Origin: Saccostrea echinata
Taxonomy: Eukaryota
Length of the DNA: 64,000 nucleotides
Direction of reading: 5' to 3'
NCBI RefSeq assembly: GCF_033153115.1
Contig: NW_026889774.1
Coordinates: forward strand, 8,122,001-8,186,000
The notes beneath the pieces are model-generated. The model did no database searches. It was not told the origin of the DNA and saw nothing but the letters and a program-made list of their open reading frames with translations. Position numbers and translations under genes: made by a program. Below, in pieces: positions 10,837 through 24,380 of the stretch (its first letter is position 1; each line of letters begins with the position of its first letter).

Positions 10837-12731
10837 CAGGGGAGTCGGCAAAGGGGCAGCAGGGGCGGCGGTCGCCACCCCAATAATTTTGCAAAAAAAA
10901 AAAAAAAAAAAAATAAAAAAAAATAAAATAAAATAATAAATTAATTAATAAATAAATAAGAAAAATGAATTTTAAATGAGAAATACAGAATAACAAAATT
11001 TGTAATGACGATAACTGTAGTCAATGGAGCGCCAAGAATATCGGCAATCTGTGGTCAATGGAGTGGCAAAGTGTGAAAGCTATTAATATTGTTTGTTTAC
11101 AAAGATGCAAATTGGGATGTACGTATATACCTTTACCTGGCATGTGTAAAAAATAAGCATAGTACCCATCGCTACTTGCAAGTTTGCTACAAATTCTTCT
11201 TCAGGCCCACAGCTAGCAACGTTTTTGGAAATTCTATGTTTTGGGGGCGGTGTGGGGGTTCTCTTTTTTTTCTTTTCAAATGCTGGAATTTGCTCGAGTT
11301 CGACCTAACAGCAACAAAAAGTGTGAAAGAAGGGGGAGGGGGCAGCGTCTAAATGAATGAATTTTTATATATCAAAACTTAAGCAAAAAGACTTTTCTCA
11401 GAAAACAAGTGGAGAAAGTGGGAGGAAAATTGGAGCCCCCCCCCCCTTCTGACACCTTCCCCCGCATATACATGTACATGTAACAGGCCTGTTCTTGTCT
11501 AACCAATCGGTCGATCAGTGTTAGGAAATCTTTGATGAATCGAAGTTGTAAGCTATTAAATTAAAGCAAAATACATGTACTAAAATACTGGGTAAAATTA
11601 CTAGTTAAAGAAGTTCAGTTGATTTTTTTTTTACAATGTCAACGTATTTTTGCATGTCAAAAATGGAGGTATTATGAGGATTATTCCCCCTGTTTATTTT
11701 AAATTTCATAATTATGCATTCTTTCGGGAAGTAACAATAAATATTATATACTAGAAAATTATATCTAATTTAATCTTTACCTTTTCATAAACCTTTCAAA
11801 ATTCTTTCTATGCCGTTTCGGAAAAAAAACAAATTTAAACAAACTATCTCCTTGCTATTTAAAAATGACCCAGTTTTGTTTTATGTATAATATTATGTAA
11901 CTTAAAGGTGCTTGGACACAGATTTGAAGTTAATATTTTCTCAAATTTTCGGTATAATATCATGACTTACATGTTTTTAAAGCATTTCACATGTAGAAAT
12001 GTGAGAAAGCAAAACCAACTCACCAGTATTGTCAGTCCGTGCTCAGTGATGTGTGCAGAGTTTAACAAATTGAACACACCCGTGAAACGTAAACTGTTTT
12101 TGTAAACAGGGCACGATCTCTGGCCGATCTCTGTTATTGTTAATGTTTACGTTTCACCGGGTGTGTTCAATTTGTTAAACTCTGCACACATCACTGAGCA
12201 AGGACTGACAATACTAGTGAGTTGGTTTTGCTTTCTTACATTTCTACTCTGAATTTTCTGGATTATAGTTTGAATATATTTCATTAATACGCAACAAAAT
12301 TTTTACTTTTCTTAAGTATTAAGGATAAAGTTTGCTTTATGAAAGTGCTAGGATGTATCAATCAAACGCGTCCCGAAATTTGTAGTTTCAATAATTTCCA
12401 GATAAAATAATTTTTTTTAATTTTATTTCCATTTGAAATGCTATAGCAACATATAAGTCATGATATTATACCGAAAACTTGAGAAAATATTAACTTCAAA
12501 TCTGTGTCCAAGCACCTTTGAAACACATAAAGCATTTGTTGTTGTTGTTATTGCATATTTAATTTCTCTTTTTTAATCAGGAAATACCTCTTAGCTATTG
12601 ACTTTAAGGGGAAAATGTCAAGATTTTTGCAGAAATTTTAATTATTTAGTTTTTGTCACAAAAAGTTAGTTAGGACCCCCCTTTTCGATCCAGTTCGCCT
12701 CCCCAATGTGAAATACTTGCCGACGCTCCTG
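10837..12731. mobile_element. Non-autonomous DNA transposon with CAGG termini and a 5-bp TSD
   Basis: Imperfect TIRs CAGGGGAGTCGGCAA / TTGCCGACGCTCCTG; AGCAA on both flanks (10832-36, 12732-36). Confidence 0.7.
11902..12520. mobile_element. Palindromic MITE at a TTAA-type site (Kolobok-like)
   Basis: Long TIRs AGGTGCTTGGACACAGATTTGAAGTTAATATTTTCTCAA... plus an internal inverted repeat at ~12000-12245. A partial second copy at ~48920-49340 ends in CCTTTAA. Confidence 0.75.
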
Positions 12732-15700
12732 AGCAATTTTTTTGTTAGAGGTGCCCTCCGATTGTGATAGAAATACTGGCAATATACTCCCCTTTCTTGA
12801 TCATTATATAGATACATGTATAATCTACATTATCATGCACATATGCATTATGTAACTCCTTATAAGTAGGATTTTTGATGTAAGAAAAAAAAAAGATATT
12901 TCTTTACTTTATTCTAACAACTCTCATATTTTTAAAACCTCGTATCACACAACAAGATCGCCTAATTTGTGTATAGGAAAGACGTGGCCAGATTTTTTCC
13001 TATAGGCTAGCATAATCGTTACCCACTCCCTCAAAACTTACCACTATAGATACGCTGACACGAATCATGTACTTGATTTAAACACAATATATATTACAAT
13101 ATTTTTTGACACAGTTGTATGTTTTCTTTGCAAACGCAACTTCAATTGTACTAATATTGCCAATCATACTTAGGGAAAAAAATAATATATAAATTAGGCA
13201 GAGAAGCTTTTGCATAATGCAACATTCGTTTTTTTTTTCTGTTGGTAAAAATTATTACATGTAACTAGAAAGGGGAAATGCGTATTACTGTGTATAAACT
13301 TGTGTCAATTCTTAGTATACCAAACACCTCTTTCATAAATTAATCAATTTTTGTAATGTAAAAAGCCTCATTTTGTTTAGGCTTTGTTGACACTAGCAAA
13401 CGACAAAAGACATTGATAAAGATTTTAAGCTAATTATTTTTTGTGTCCCTGATATCGAATATCAGAGAATATTGATTTAGTCCTGTCTGTTATTTTTACA
13501 CAAATTTAATCTTCCTTATATTTTTTTTTGAGAAGTTTTCTACTAAAAAAATCAAAGATATATATATGAGATCTAATTTTCTTTACAATTGTCCATTTTT
13601 TTTTTCACGCAAATTTATTTGGGTAGGGTTTGAAAACATTAATCTTTCTTGTAACTGCTGAAGAAAAAAAACGCTTGAGACTTTATTCTCATTCTTTTTT
13701 TTTTACTCAGAGTAAAATTTAAAGAGGGTCATTACAATTATACACAGAAACCATGCATTTTTTATTCATGTATAAGTTTCTCTTTCTGACACCAGCTAAG
13801 TAAATAATCCTGTTTTTTTTTTTTTTTTAAATGACGACTGTGGAAACTTTTCTTATAAAATATGATAAAACAAATCTAAGAACACGTGTATTTTTGCTCT
13901 TATAGTCATCGAACATCACAATAGCCTAGTTATTTGTTTTCCTTTAATGGGATAAAACATCTTGTATTATTGATGTACATGTAAGGTAAAGCATAATCTT
14001 TTGTTATTTAAACTTTAAAGCTTTTAGGCTGCGTATTTGCCTAACAAGAATATTCCTACCAAAACCAGTTTTTTGTATTAAAAAAAAGACACAGGGTCAT
14101 TATTCTACGGGGTCATTTTTCTACAACCTACACGGAGAAAAATGACCCCCAGGCCATAATTTCTACAAAAAAATGGGTCATTTTACTACGTAGAAAAATG
14201 ACCCCCGGTCAATATTATACGGGGGTCACTTTTCGTCGTTACACCGGTTCTGAGATTACCACAATTTAGTGACCTTTTGAGGGTTAGTTTTTCCGCGCGT
14301 TTTCTTAAAAACGGCTCAAGATGGAAACGTTATATTTTCAGCAGTGATTGCACGCGGACGAAAAAAGAATATGAAGAATTTCAAAACTTCTTAGATGTTC
14401 TCTATAATATTTCAATGATTATTTTGTTAAGATATGTAGAATAAAAATTGTTCTAAATTAAAGTTCTTTCGATTGGCAACATAAAAAGGTGGCTGGCCCT
14501 TAAAATTGGAGATCTAGAGGGGCCTTTTTTTCGATATCTCAAAAACTATTGAGAAATTATGATATAACATACAAGCAAAGTTGTTTGAAATAACAAGTAA
14601 CACCTAGTGAGACAATCAAAAATCGTCGAATGACATCACTTCCGGCCAAACCGGAAATAGTCAAAAATTGCTTATTTTACGGATATTGATATGGCATCGA
14701 ACTATTAATGTCACAGAGGACGCCCGACCTTATTTTTCACCGAGTATCGTCTCTTTCGACCTTCTCCAGTCAAACCGGATGTAGCCAGAAATTACTTATT
14801 TTTGCAGATATTGACATAAAATTAAATGAATGACAGCGTCGTAGATGACGAGGTATTGTATTGTATTGTTTAATACTAAGAACCATACAGTTCATAGGTT
14901 TATACATAAATCAGTTTGTACAATATATACATGTATATAACCATTTCATTATCATTTGTACATTAAGTAAAGCAGGATCATAGTAAAGAATCTTACATAC
15001 TATATTTATTCTTAGTTCACAAAGCAAACAAAAGCTCCATGATATAAATTAGTCATTAAGCAGACAAAAGCACCATAATAAAAAGTTGGTAATAGTAATA
15101 GTGAGGATAATCTCGTTATATCAATGTGAGTTAACTTCTGCTCTCAATCTTGTAAATTTTTATCAAGAGAAATTTTCCTATTTTACATAACATGATATTC
15201 TAGGAAAACATTTGTGAAAAATCTTTCATTAATAATGATTGTCATAATTGTCATGATTAATAATGACTGTCATCAATTTCAGTATTTACATCAAGCCAAC
15301 ACTCTGATAAAAAGATATCATATGTGTCAATAAATGATATGACAATAGACGACGAGGTACGTTGCATTTTGACTGCGATTATAAATACATGGTTAATAAC
15401 TGTCATTACAGAGTAGATGGTTAATACATGTTGTTTCAAATGATAAGTATCTTTAAGCATTAGACATGTGCCATCCATGTCAAAAGTTATTTGTATACCT
15501 CGTTTTCTTGACGCCATTTTTGTTTATCAATCTAAAAGTAGCGACGGTGCCATGTGTCATGTGACATTAATTTAATTAAATAGAGGCATTACTTTCCGAA
15601 AATAAATAATCATAGTTTTATCTTTATAACGCGTTCATTTTCATTTGTGTAATTTACAGTATTTTCGTAACTTAATTGGTAAACACAATAAATAAATTTC

Positions 15701-16909
15701 CAAATTTATTTTTAGCTGACGCAAGTTATAGCGTGTATATCTTTGATATTCTTAAAAGCTATAAACATCAATTTTGTAACATTACACTCGTGATGAAAAA
15801 GTTAAAACATTACTGGGCTCTTTTGATCGATAAAAAAATGTAGCCCACAACTTTCATGAATTCCTACCGTGATGGTGCACTTGATTTTAAACATAGTACG
15901 TAATAGTTCAAACGCCTTGATATTCACACTTAAGAATTGACTCTCATTCGTGCTATTCATTGGTTAATATGTTTTCGTTCGTAATAAAGGGGCATTTAAT
16001 TTACTCTGTGTGCTTTATGTAGTTGTGTATTCATTTATTACCTACAAAATATTTCATCCAAATATAATATTTCAAATTCCGCAAAAATGAATTAAGTCCG
16101 CCCAAATAAAATGCAGGTAATGAAATCAACCTAGCTGACTCGTCTGGTTAAGGACATTGACAAGTCAGGGCTTTCCGGAGAAAAAAGGTTTAATACATAT
16201 TTTTTTTCACTCATAAAATAGTGATTGAGAGTGATCTCCCGTGTAGAATTCTCTAGTTCAAGTTCAAGTTCTTTATTTCTTTGCGTCATACGACACATCA
16301 GATTACATATATTAATAACTAAACATATATACAATATTATAAATTAAATAATATGTTGACGGTGCGACCGTTAAGGCGAGCGCAGATACCTTTCAGCTTT
16401 AATTTAGATCGGGCTCTTCAAACCGCACGTGATATTTGGTACGTCTAAGACTCTGACGTCAGATGACGTCGTATGTAATGTTGTATTACCGAAACAAAGT
16501 ATGAACAGTGCTAATTTTAATAAAGAACGTTGAATCTACTATTCATCTTTTATATATTCATTTAATCAAGGTGAGTTTATTTCTTTTTGGAACTTCTGGG
16601 TACCGCGAGAACGTAGTTTGCGGCGAGATGCAATTCGCAAAGCATTATGGGACCACAGGTAACTGCGGAAAAAAAATCGTTTGGATCAATTTGCAAAGTC
16701 CGAATTTTCTCTTCGCCCAGGCGTTGCTTTAAGAGCTCGCAGTGACGAGCGGCGCTTCGCGCCGCTCGCTGCGCTCGCTATAACAATATGAGAGTGCACG
16801 TGAGCATAATCAATAAATAGCAAGTAAACTATGTAGGATGTCTTTTCTAACAGGCAACTGTAATTATAAAATACTTAAAAATTTACAAATGTTTCATTCT
16901 TCTAGTGGA

Positions 16910-17690
16910 AGCTTGATACAAATATTTTCCAAGGTTACAAAGTTCCTTTATATTTTGTACACTTAGAAGTTGAATTAATTTCCAAACACTGGATCTCTTA
17001 TAATAATACTTTTTTCAAATACTTAGATCTAAGGTCATGATAAAAAGGACATCGTAAAATAAAATGAAATTCGTCTTCGATAACATTCAAAGAGCACATT
17101 TTACATAATCTGTTTTTTCTAATTTCATCAACATATCTACCAGTTTCAACACTTAGACTATGTGCGATAGTCTAATTCTAGCAATTTGTATTTTGTACAT
17201 ATAATTAATAGGTTTACGCAAGTAATATTGTATACCAAAATTATCAACCAAATGTTGATATAGCGGGCTACGGGCATTGTTACAAATATTAGAAATCATA
17301 GTATGGTTATTCACCTCAAGGAATCTTTGTTTTACTAACATGTAAGTATTATTATTGAAATCTGCATCAAATATATAGCCAAGTCCCAGTTTATTAAGTT
17401 CATTTTGAATATCTCTGATCCAAATATCATTATTCCTTAATCTTTCTTCCAAGCATGATTTTAGTAGAATATTTTGTGTCCCCTTTAGTTTCAAAAAATA
17501 TTTTATAATTTTCAATTTTCTAGATTCCCTCATAGGCATTCTTCCCAGTTCGAAATACACAAGATTATTACAGGCCCTTTTTTTTTAAACGAAGTAACTT
17601 CTTACAAAAGAGACTTTGTATTTTTTCTACATCTGGAGCTTTATGAAATCCCCACACCTCTGCTCCATAATTAAGAATACTACATCTAAG
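16910..17690 (-). pseudogene. 3' fragment of a CR1/L2-group LINE ORF2
   Basis: ORF 17153-17560 (YFELGRMP...IARIRLS) is followed across a frameshift by ETGR...C..C...IEDEFHFILRCP.Y.DLR, the usual C-terminal domain of these LINEs. Confidence 0.7.
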
Positions 17691-18676
17691 CGGTGAAAAC
17701 CAATAAAGCGTATGTTACAGAGGTAAACAAAACCACATGTACTTCCTTCAAGGAATCAAATATTAATGGCTTTGTTGCACATTGTATTCAGGAGACAAAG
17801 AGTCAACAGGTCGTCATTTACCATAGAACTTATGCTTAGTATGCTGGGAAAGGCAAAGATGTGACATATGCTGAAAGGTAGACCGACTGAGATAAGTTCC
17901 TAGGTTGCATGAAGAAAACAGCATTTAGTAACTACGAATAAAAATTAAAATAAATCCATGCCAATATTTTATGACAATGTGTTTCAATCAATTCAGTCAA
18001 TTACATGATCGAAACAATCTTAACCAGTTTGAGTCTATTGACCGTGGTGCTATAACTATGAAGGGAAGTAACTCAAAAATAATGATCGGTGCTGGTATGT
18101 CCTTGTTTTCTCTCTATATATAAGTTTTCAGCCAAAATATCTAGAAGTAATAGAAAATGAAGATACAATAATGTATATAGTACAAAAACTAGTATATGAA
18201 ATAAGTGGGTTTAGAGAAATATTACGGTGAAAAATTATGTAGGTCCCTTTTATCAACATTTTACATAGGAAATGCATTCAGAATTGCAAAAACACTGATT
18301 TGATAAAATCTAAAAAAGAAGGTTTTCTTGGTAGGTTAAACAATCCAGAATATAGCCTGTTTAGTACAATTAAACTTAGCCTACTCAAGAGTTCTCGAAA
18401 AATTCTATATGATATAACCAGGAACCTTGCCAATGTCCTTAAATATCAAAAATCATAAAAAGGCTTGGGAAATGAAAGATATTTTGGACTTCTTATCCAA
18501 GAATTGGTAAAGAAATTAATCGTGCATTTGTTTTTGCACAACGATTAAATAAAGAAAATTTGAAAATGACTTTGCCATCTGAGAATAAAATATAATTAGG
18601 ATCTTTGAGCAATTTATGTCATATTCAAAAAATTATATCTCATCACCAAGGCATTTGACCAATTCTATTTTTGAAA

Positions 18677-21600
18677 TTAATTTCGAAGGAAATCGTATGA
18701 GTGTCTGTATGTTTCATCAAGACAATCATCTGTCAAAGCAACGTCGAACTGAGTGCCCCCGAACTCAACTACGGCATGGATCAAAGAATCCTCGGACCAT
18801 CCTCCATTTGGTCGACGTAGTTTTATGGTGCCTATTTTAGTACAGTTTTTCTCGGTGGTATATGTGGGATTTTGTGAAGTTGACTGGTAAATTCCTATCC
18901 CCGTCACTGCATCTTCTTCACTCGGTGTGTACGTATTTTCGATTTTATGACCAATGGGAACCTCTTCTCCTTTCTGCACTAATGCTTCAAAAATATGCTG
19001 ACACATGGTTTTTCCGTCTGCTGGTCTTTTAATTTTGTAATCTTTTGGATGTAAGCCTTCAATGAAGGGCACATTAACTTCAAATCCAATAGAATAGCGA
19101 CTGATTCTTGAAGAAATGACGCTTGGCGTATGACCGAACAATACAGCCCCTTTTAAGACTGCTAGTCCTGGATCAGCTGGTGCTATAACCTTCTTGTCAG
19201 GGAATAATTCTTTTATTGCTTTTAAAACCATTGGCGATTCGGAAAACCCACCAACAAGGAGAATTTTTGACACAGAATCTTCAAACGAACTCATAATCTC
19301 TGTTATATGTTGAATTATTCCTTGCAGAGTATCTCGGAAAAAATCTTTGAAGATTTCTGGATGTACTCGTAGTTTTCCGGCCTTAAATATTACTTTCTTA
19401 GCGTATCTCGTCTGTGGAAGGGTCTCTGCCAAAGTTTCTCCTGTTTCTTCCTTAAATATCTCGAGCAGACGCAGTGGGAGTGTTATGGTCACCTTGTCTT
19501 CTAAGTCTGGTTTGACTGTACGTTTCTTAGTCTCAAAATCGCGGAAAAGTGAAATATAATCATCCATGTTATCATTCTTTAACGTTGTCAGAACATCATT
19601 TCCAAAGAGTTTGACCAAAAATTGGTAGAAGGCGTCATCCACTTTTGTTCCACCCCACGCTCCGCCGGTAGCATGGTGGACTTCGCGCAGGTTCTGGTTC
19701 CCCTGTACCTCATGAACTGTAATGTCGGCAGTTCCTCCTATACAAGTTTGAAATAAATGTATAAAACGATAAATCCGCTTCACTAAACAGTAATTCCGTA
19801 AAAGACATGCCCAGGATTAATTCAATGTACCGATAATAGTATATAATACTGCTATTACATTAATATAATTACAGTAGAATCAAAAATTAAATCGGTTCCA
19901 CTGTTTAGTCCTAACATATATTGACGTATTATTTAGACTTGTTTCTCACCTCCCAAATCAAGTACCATATACCGCGTCCCTGGTTTGAACTTGTACGATT
20001 CAGTCTTTCCTTTATTGACTGACATAACTCCTATAGGAACATGATTGCAGTAAATGGAGGCCGCTTCTGGCTCCAAGGCTAAAATCAACTGTTTCCTTTC
20101 AATACCAGCCTATAAATGAATAAAAGCAGTTAATTCACAATGCTCAAAGCCTTAAAAGCCATAGATAATGCAATGAGCTTGTGATATTATACACTTATTT
20201 CATGACTACGAGGGGGGCAGTCAAACTGTTGTCCCGAGGTAATAGGAAAGACCTGGGAAACGGTTGCCCGAGGTCGAAGGCCGAGGGCAACAGATTTCCA
20301 GGTCTTCCCCATTATCGAAGGACAACAGTTCGATTGTCATGAAATACGTGTTTTATTATCTAACCTACTATATAATTTCTTAAAGTAATGTTATAATAAT
20401 CAATGAATTTAAAAATACATTGACAAAAGTTTGTATTATTTCTTAAAACCAAAGTAAACAAGATGAATATTAATAAAATTCTCACAAAAATTGTTGTAAA
20501 ATTTGAAAAAATAATGGGGATGATCTTATCATGCACTAATAAATTGATGTATACATGTATTGTTTAGTAAGCAACATAACACTCTGAGTCAGAGATTTAT
20601 AGTGAGTGAAAGTGGCCTACATTTTTCCCAAATTACCCTCAGAAAAGGTGTTCTTGGCCTCTTCTTTAAAGTGATATTTTATTGATTATATATTTATATT
20701 GGACTGGGGATTACTTTTCAAATGATAATTTCAAACTGAATACCATGAAAATGTTTTAATTTATTCATAACTCAATATTATAGCTGTAAATACGGGAAAT
20801 TAATTATGACGTCATGATGGATCAGTTCAGCCATGCAACAGTTCATTCTGTGACCGGGTAAACTGTTTGACACTGTTTCATGATGTGCAAAAACATTAAA
20901 GTGAATCAGGAAACAGTTCAAAATGCCTAATTACAATTTATGTAGTAGGTTAGTTAATAACATATACATGTTCATGTACTGCATCAAAGTATGCTGCTGT
21001 TTCAAAATTTAAAATAGCTTTTGCTCAGTAAACAAACAAACAGATAAAGGTAATAACAATCTACTTTATTGGCAACACATCTCCCACCATGCACCAACTA
21101 TAAGAAAGTTTGGTTATTCTAGGCCTGTGTTCTACTGTACAAAATACATACATTAATTTTCTGAGCACAATATGTATATCCACAAAATAAGGTAACGGTG
21201 TCCTATCTTCAAACAATAACATAAACATATGTAGGTTTTTTATTATGCAAGATTTGATCTGAAGATGATATGATGAAATTAGGTTTACACATTAAATGCG
21301 TTTACTTTTGGGGGCCATAAACTTTCCACCTAACATAAACCAGATGACAGGTTTCAATGATTCTAGGTTCTACACTGTGCAAGATTTGGATGTAAAGCAA
21401 AAAATTATAAGTTGGGTTCACACGACCTATCTTGGGGTTGCAACACACCATTCCCCAAAAACGACAAAATGTAGTTAAGTTTAAGTGTTTATGATATAAC
21501 CTGGGCATGAAAAAGCAATCAGGCAAATGGAACGGAAATGTGATACATTGATACCGCACATTAAAAGAACGACCGGTGTATTAAACCGTACATATGACAT

Positions 21601-22250
21601 GGCAATATGAATGCTATACTAACGTCTACTGCCGCCTCCATCATGAATTGTTTTGCACCTTCATCCCAAATGGCAGGAACAGTAAGCACCCATCGAATGA
21701 GGTCCTCAGTGAAAGTGTCTACACGTGTTGTCAAAGTTTTCATCAGGTGCTCTTTTAGGTACTTTATGGCCATCGTAAATACAGTCATCGCAGGCATTTC
21801 CTTTCCGTTTATATCTTTTATAATGGTGGTTCGTCGTAAACTCTGTAAAATATAAAAAGAAATTTACATAAAAGTGCATCTCTCAATGATGCGTGTCATA
21901 TGTTTGGTATTTTCACATATTTTAAAAGTATCTTGTACACCAACTTTATTTCTATGCAGAGTCATCTTGAAGCGTTTGAAATACAGCCATCCTTCATGTT
22001 CATTGTCTTCTGCTAGAGTTGCGTATTTGTTTTCTGCGTCGTATCCAAAAGAATGGAAGGTTTTGTCCGGCTTTAATAGAACCACTGATGGTGTTTTATG
22101 TGAAACCAAGGCCTGATTCCCAGCTATCCAGTTACAGGCATTGATTTTCAATGGATCTTGATCAAATTCATGACGAAATGAGAATGCGTATCCTGAGAAT
22201 GTTGTGCCAAAGTCAATGGCTGCCACCAAAACTGGCACCGTGAAACTCAT
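18677..22250 (-). CDS. HSPA12: HSP70 family member 12 (HSPA12A/B-like); 4 coding exons 22250-21945, 21842-21624, 20109-19950, 19737-18677; about 581 aa
   Basis: VAAIDFGTTFSGYAFSF, WVLTVPAIW, LALEPEAAS, DLGGGTADITVH, GGAWGGTKVD, LLVGGFSES and AVLKGAVLFG. All introns are GT-AG with compatible phases (0, 0, 1); the spliced length is 1746 nt, in frame. Confidence 0.93.
20186..20960 (+). mobile_element. Non-autonomous element with a long terminal hairpin (apex CCCGAGGTCGAAGGCCGAGGG) in HSPA12 intron 2
   Basis: Imperfect hairpin 20191-20351; short IR pair CTAACCTACTATATAA (20360-75) / TTATGTAGTAGGTTAG (20938-53). Confidence 0.6.
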
Positions 22251-22314
22251 TTTCTGTAAAAAAAAAAATAATAATAACAATAATTATAATAAGAATAAAG
22301 AAAAAGAAATAAAA

Positions 22315-22853
22315 AACAAGATGTGTTTGTGAAACACTGATGCCCCCGTATGGCAACTTATCGCAAAGGGTTAAACTTTATCAAATGCAATTCAAATATG
22401 TTGGTGCCCAAAGTAAGGTCTTGTCTCAAAGAATAAACCTGTTAAATATGAAAGCCCTAGTAACAAAAGTATGTCAAACATCAAGGTCAAGGTCAAATGG
22501 ACAAAATTAATGGTGCTCTAGGAAAGGCCTTCTCCCATGAAATACACAGGTGAAATATGAAAGCCGAAGAACCAATCGCTCAAAAGTTATGACCAAGGTT
22601 AAAGTTTTCCAAATGTAGGTCAAACTCCAAGGTCAAGGTCAAAGGGTCAAAGTTGTTGGTATTCAAAGGAAGGTCTTGTCACAAGGAATACACATGTGAA
22701 ATATGAAAGCTTTAGCTCCAACAAATCAAAAGTTATGGGCAAGGTTAAAGTTTTTGCGGACAAACAGACAGACAGACAGACGGACGGACAGGGCAAAAAC
22801 TATATACCCCCGAATCTTCGATACGGGGGCATTAAAAAAAGAAGAAAGGGTCA
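22315..22853 (+). mobile_element. HINE/pearl-like element (second family); related copies at ~33790-34270 and a 3' part at ~32480-32842
   Basis: 5' AACAAGATGTGTTTGTGAAACA, tandem caaggtcaaggtc units, an (acag)n/(acgg)n microsatellite, and a 3' hairpin cccccgaatcttcgatacggggg. Confidence 0.65.
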
Positions 22854-22926
22854 ATTTACAGGAGTTGAATTTACAATTTCAACATCTTCAAATTGTCTGA
22901 CTCTTTCTATTTTCTTGCTTAGTACC

Positions 22927-23210
22927 ATCTTCACAACGTCAGGGGACCTGTGTCAACTCGTTGCCATGGGACCCCTGAAAAATTTCATTTGATATCTTGC
23001 GTGCTGACTGCAGCGACATCTTTCGGGAAAATTACAAATCTTGATTGTTTTTCTCACACGTGCATTTTAGGTGTCAACTTATATTATCTGTCTACTTCAA
23101 TCTGATTGGTGCTTTTCAATGAAAGAAGCAAGCCCGAAGATATCAAATGAAATTTCTCAGGGGTCCAACGGAAACGAGTTGACACAGGACCCCTGACGTT
23201 GTGGGGATGG
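22927..23210. mobile_element. MITE with ~75-bp imperfect TIRs
   Basis: CCATCTTCACAACGTCAGGGGACCTGTGTCAACTCG...TTTCATTTGATATCTT is mirrored at 23139-23210. Confidence 0.7.
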
Positions 23211-23760
23211 CTTAGTGCATGAATGATAACAAAGAATGCTAGATCTGACCTGCATTTGAGGTGAGCTCTGTAATCTTTGATTACCTATGGGGTTTTTTTT
23301 AAAGAGGGGGCAGAAATGACTCTTGTCCAATCTAGTTCTTTACCGATAGCTTGGACTTTTAGTGGGCCTTAACATGCTATAAGTTCTATGTACATTATAA
23401 CAATGTTACTAATCATAAGTCTCTTATGAATTTTGCATGACATATATGATACTACTGCATATTAGAAAAAAAAATTAATGATTTTTTTTTTTTTTTTGAG
23501 AATCGACAAACTTGAGTTGGGGTTACAATAGTATTTTGAAACAATTTACCGACTGCGATTTATACATGTACATGTATCTAGAGCAACAACAGTTACATCA
23601 TTTAATCTAAATAAAACACCGTATGGAATTATATTTTATTTGAAATTTTTATTTTTATTTTATTATAATTTATTTTCGTGTATTGTACTGTACATCTTAA
23701 ATTTTCATGTAAAGAAGAAATGTGCACGAGGAGTATATAAGTTGACTTACTAAATTTTCC

Positions 23761-23979
23761 TTAAGGTAGTACACAACATCTGTGAATTTAGTTTAAAATA
23801 ATATCTTCTCAAACACACCAAATAAATAAATAAAAATATCTATAATATCAATATGACGTTATATTCTGAACAAACAACATTTAAATTGTGACATTCATTT
23901 GCCATATTCTGCAAAAATTAGACTTCAGAAAAATTGAATATGAGGAATAACTTGGCGTATCTGTTGTGTACTACCTTAA
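23761..23979. mobile_element. Small TTAA-flanked MITE (Kolobok-like)
   Basis: TTAA-GGTAGTACACAACA ... TGTTGTGTACTACC-TTAA. Confidence 0.8.
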
Positions 23980-24012
23980 ATGCTAATGAATAATAGTAAT
24001 ACTGATCACACC

Positions 24013-24380
24013 CTTTAATAATATAATTCTGGTTGTAACGCTGTATTTGATTGGATAAAAAATTTACTTTATATCGTATAAAATGGGTTGCCTACGTCAC
24101 AATGACTTGCGTCAAAAACGTATCGATCCGCCTGACGTTACATTCAAATTTTGTACAAATTGAAGTCATTTTTAAGGACAGTCATCTTTTTTTCTTACAC
24201 CAAATGAATGAAAATTAAATTATAAGGAATGAATTTAATAGCTACCCATTTTATACGGTATAAACTGGGTTGGAACAGTTTACGCTTTTTTATAAACCGC
24301 TTCGCGGTTTATAAAGCGTAAACTGTCCCAACCCAGTTTATACCGTATAAAATGGGTAGCTATTAAATTCATTCCTTAAT
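24013..24380 (-). mobile_element. Non-autonomous element with a near-perfect ~155-bp terminal hairpin (apex CCGCGAAGCGG on the minus strand)
   Basis: Arms within 24223-24378; a third copy of the arm motif (cgtataaaatgggt) at ~24075; GATTGG and ACGTCA motifs in the body. Confidence 0.65.
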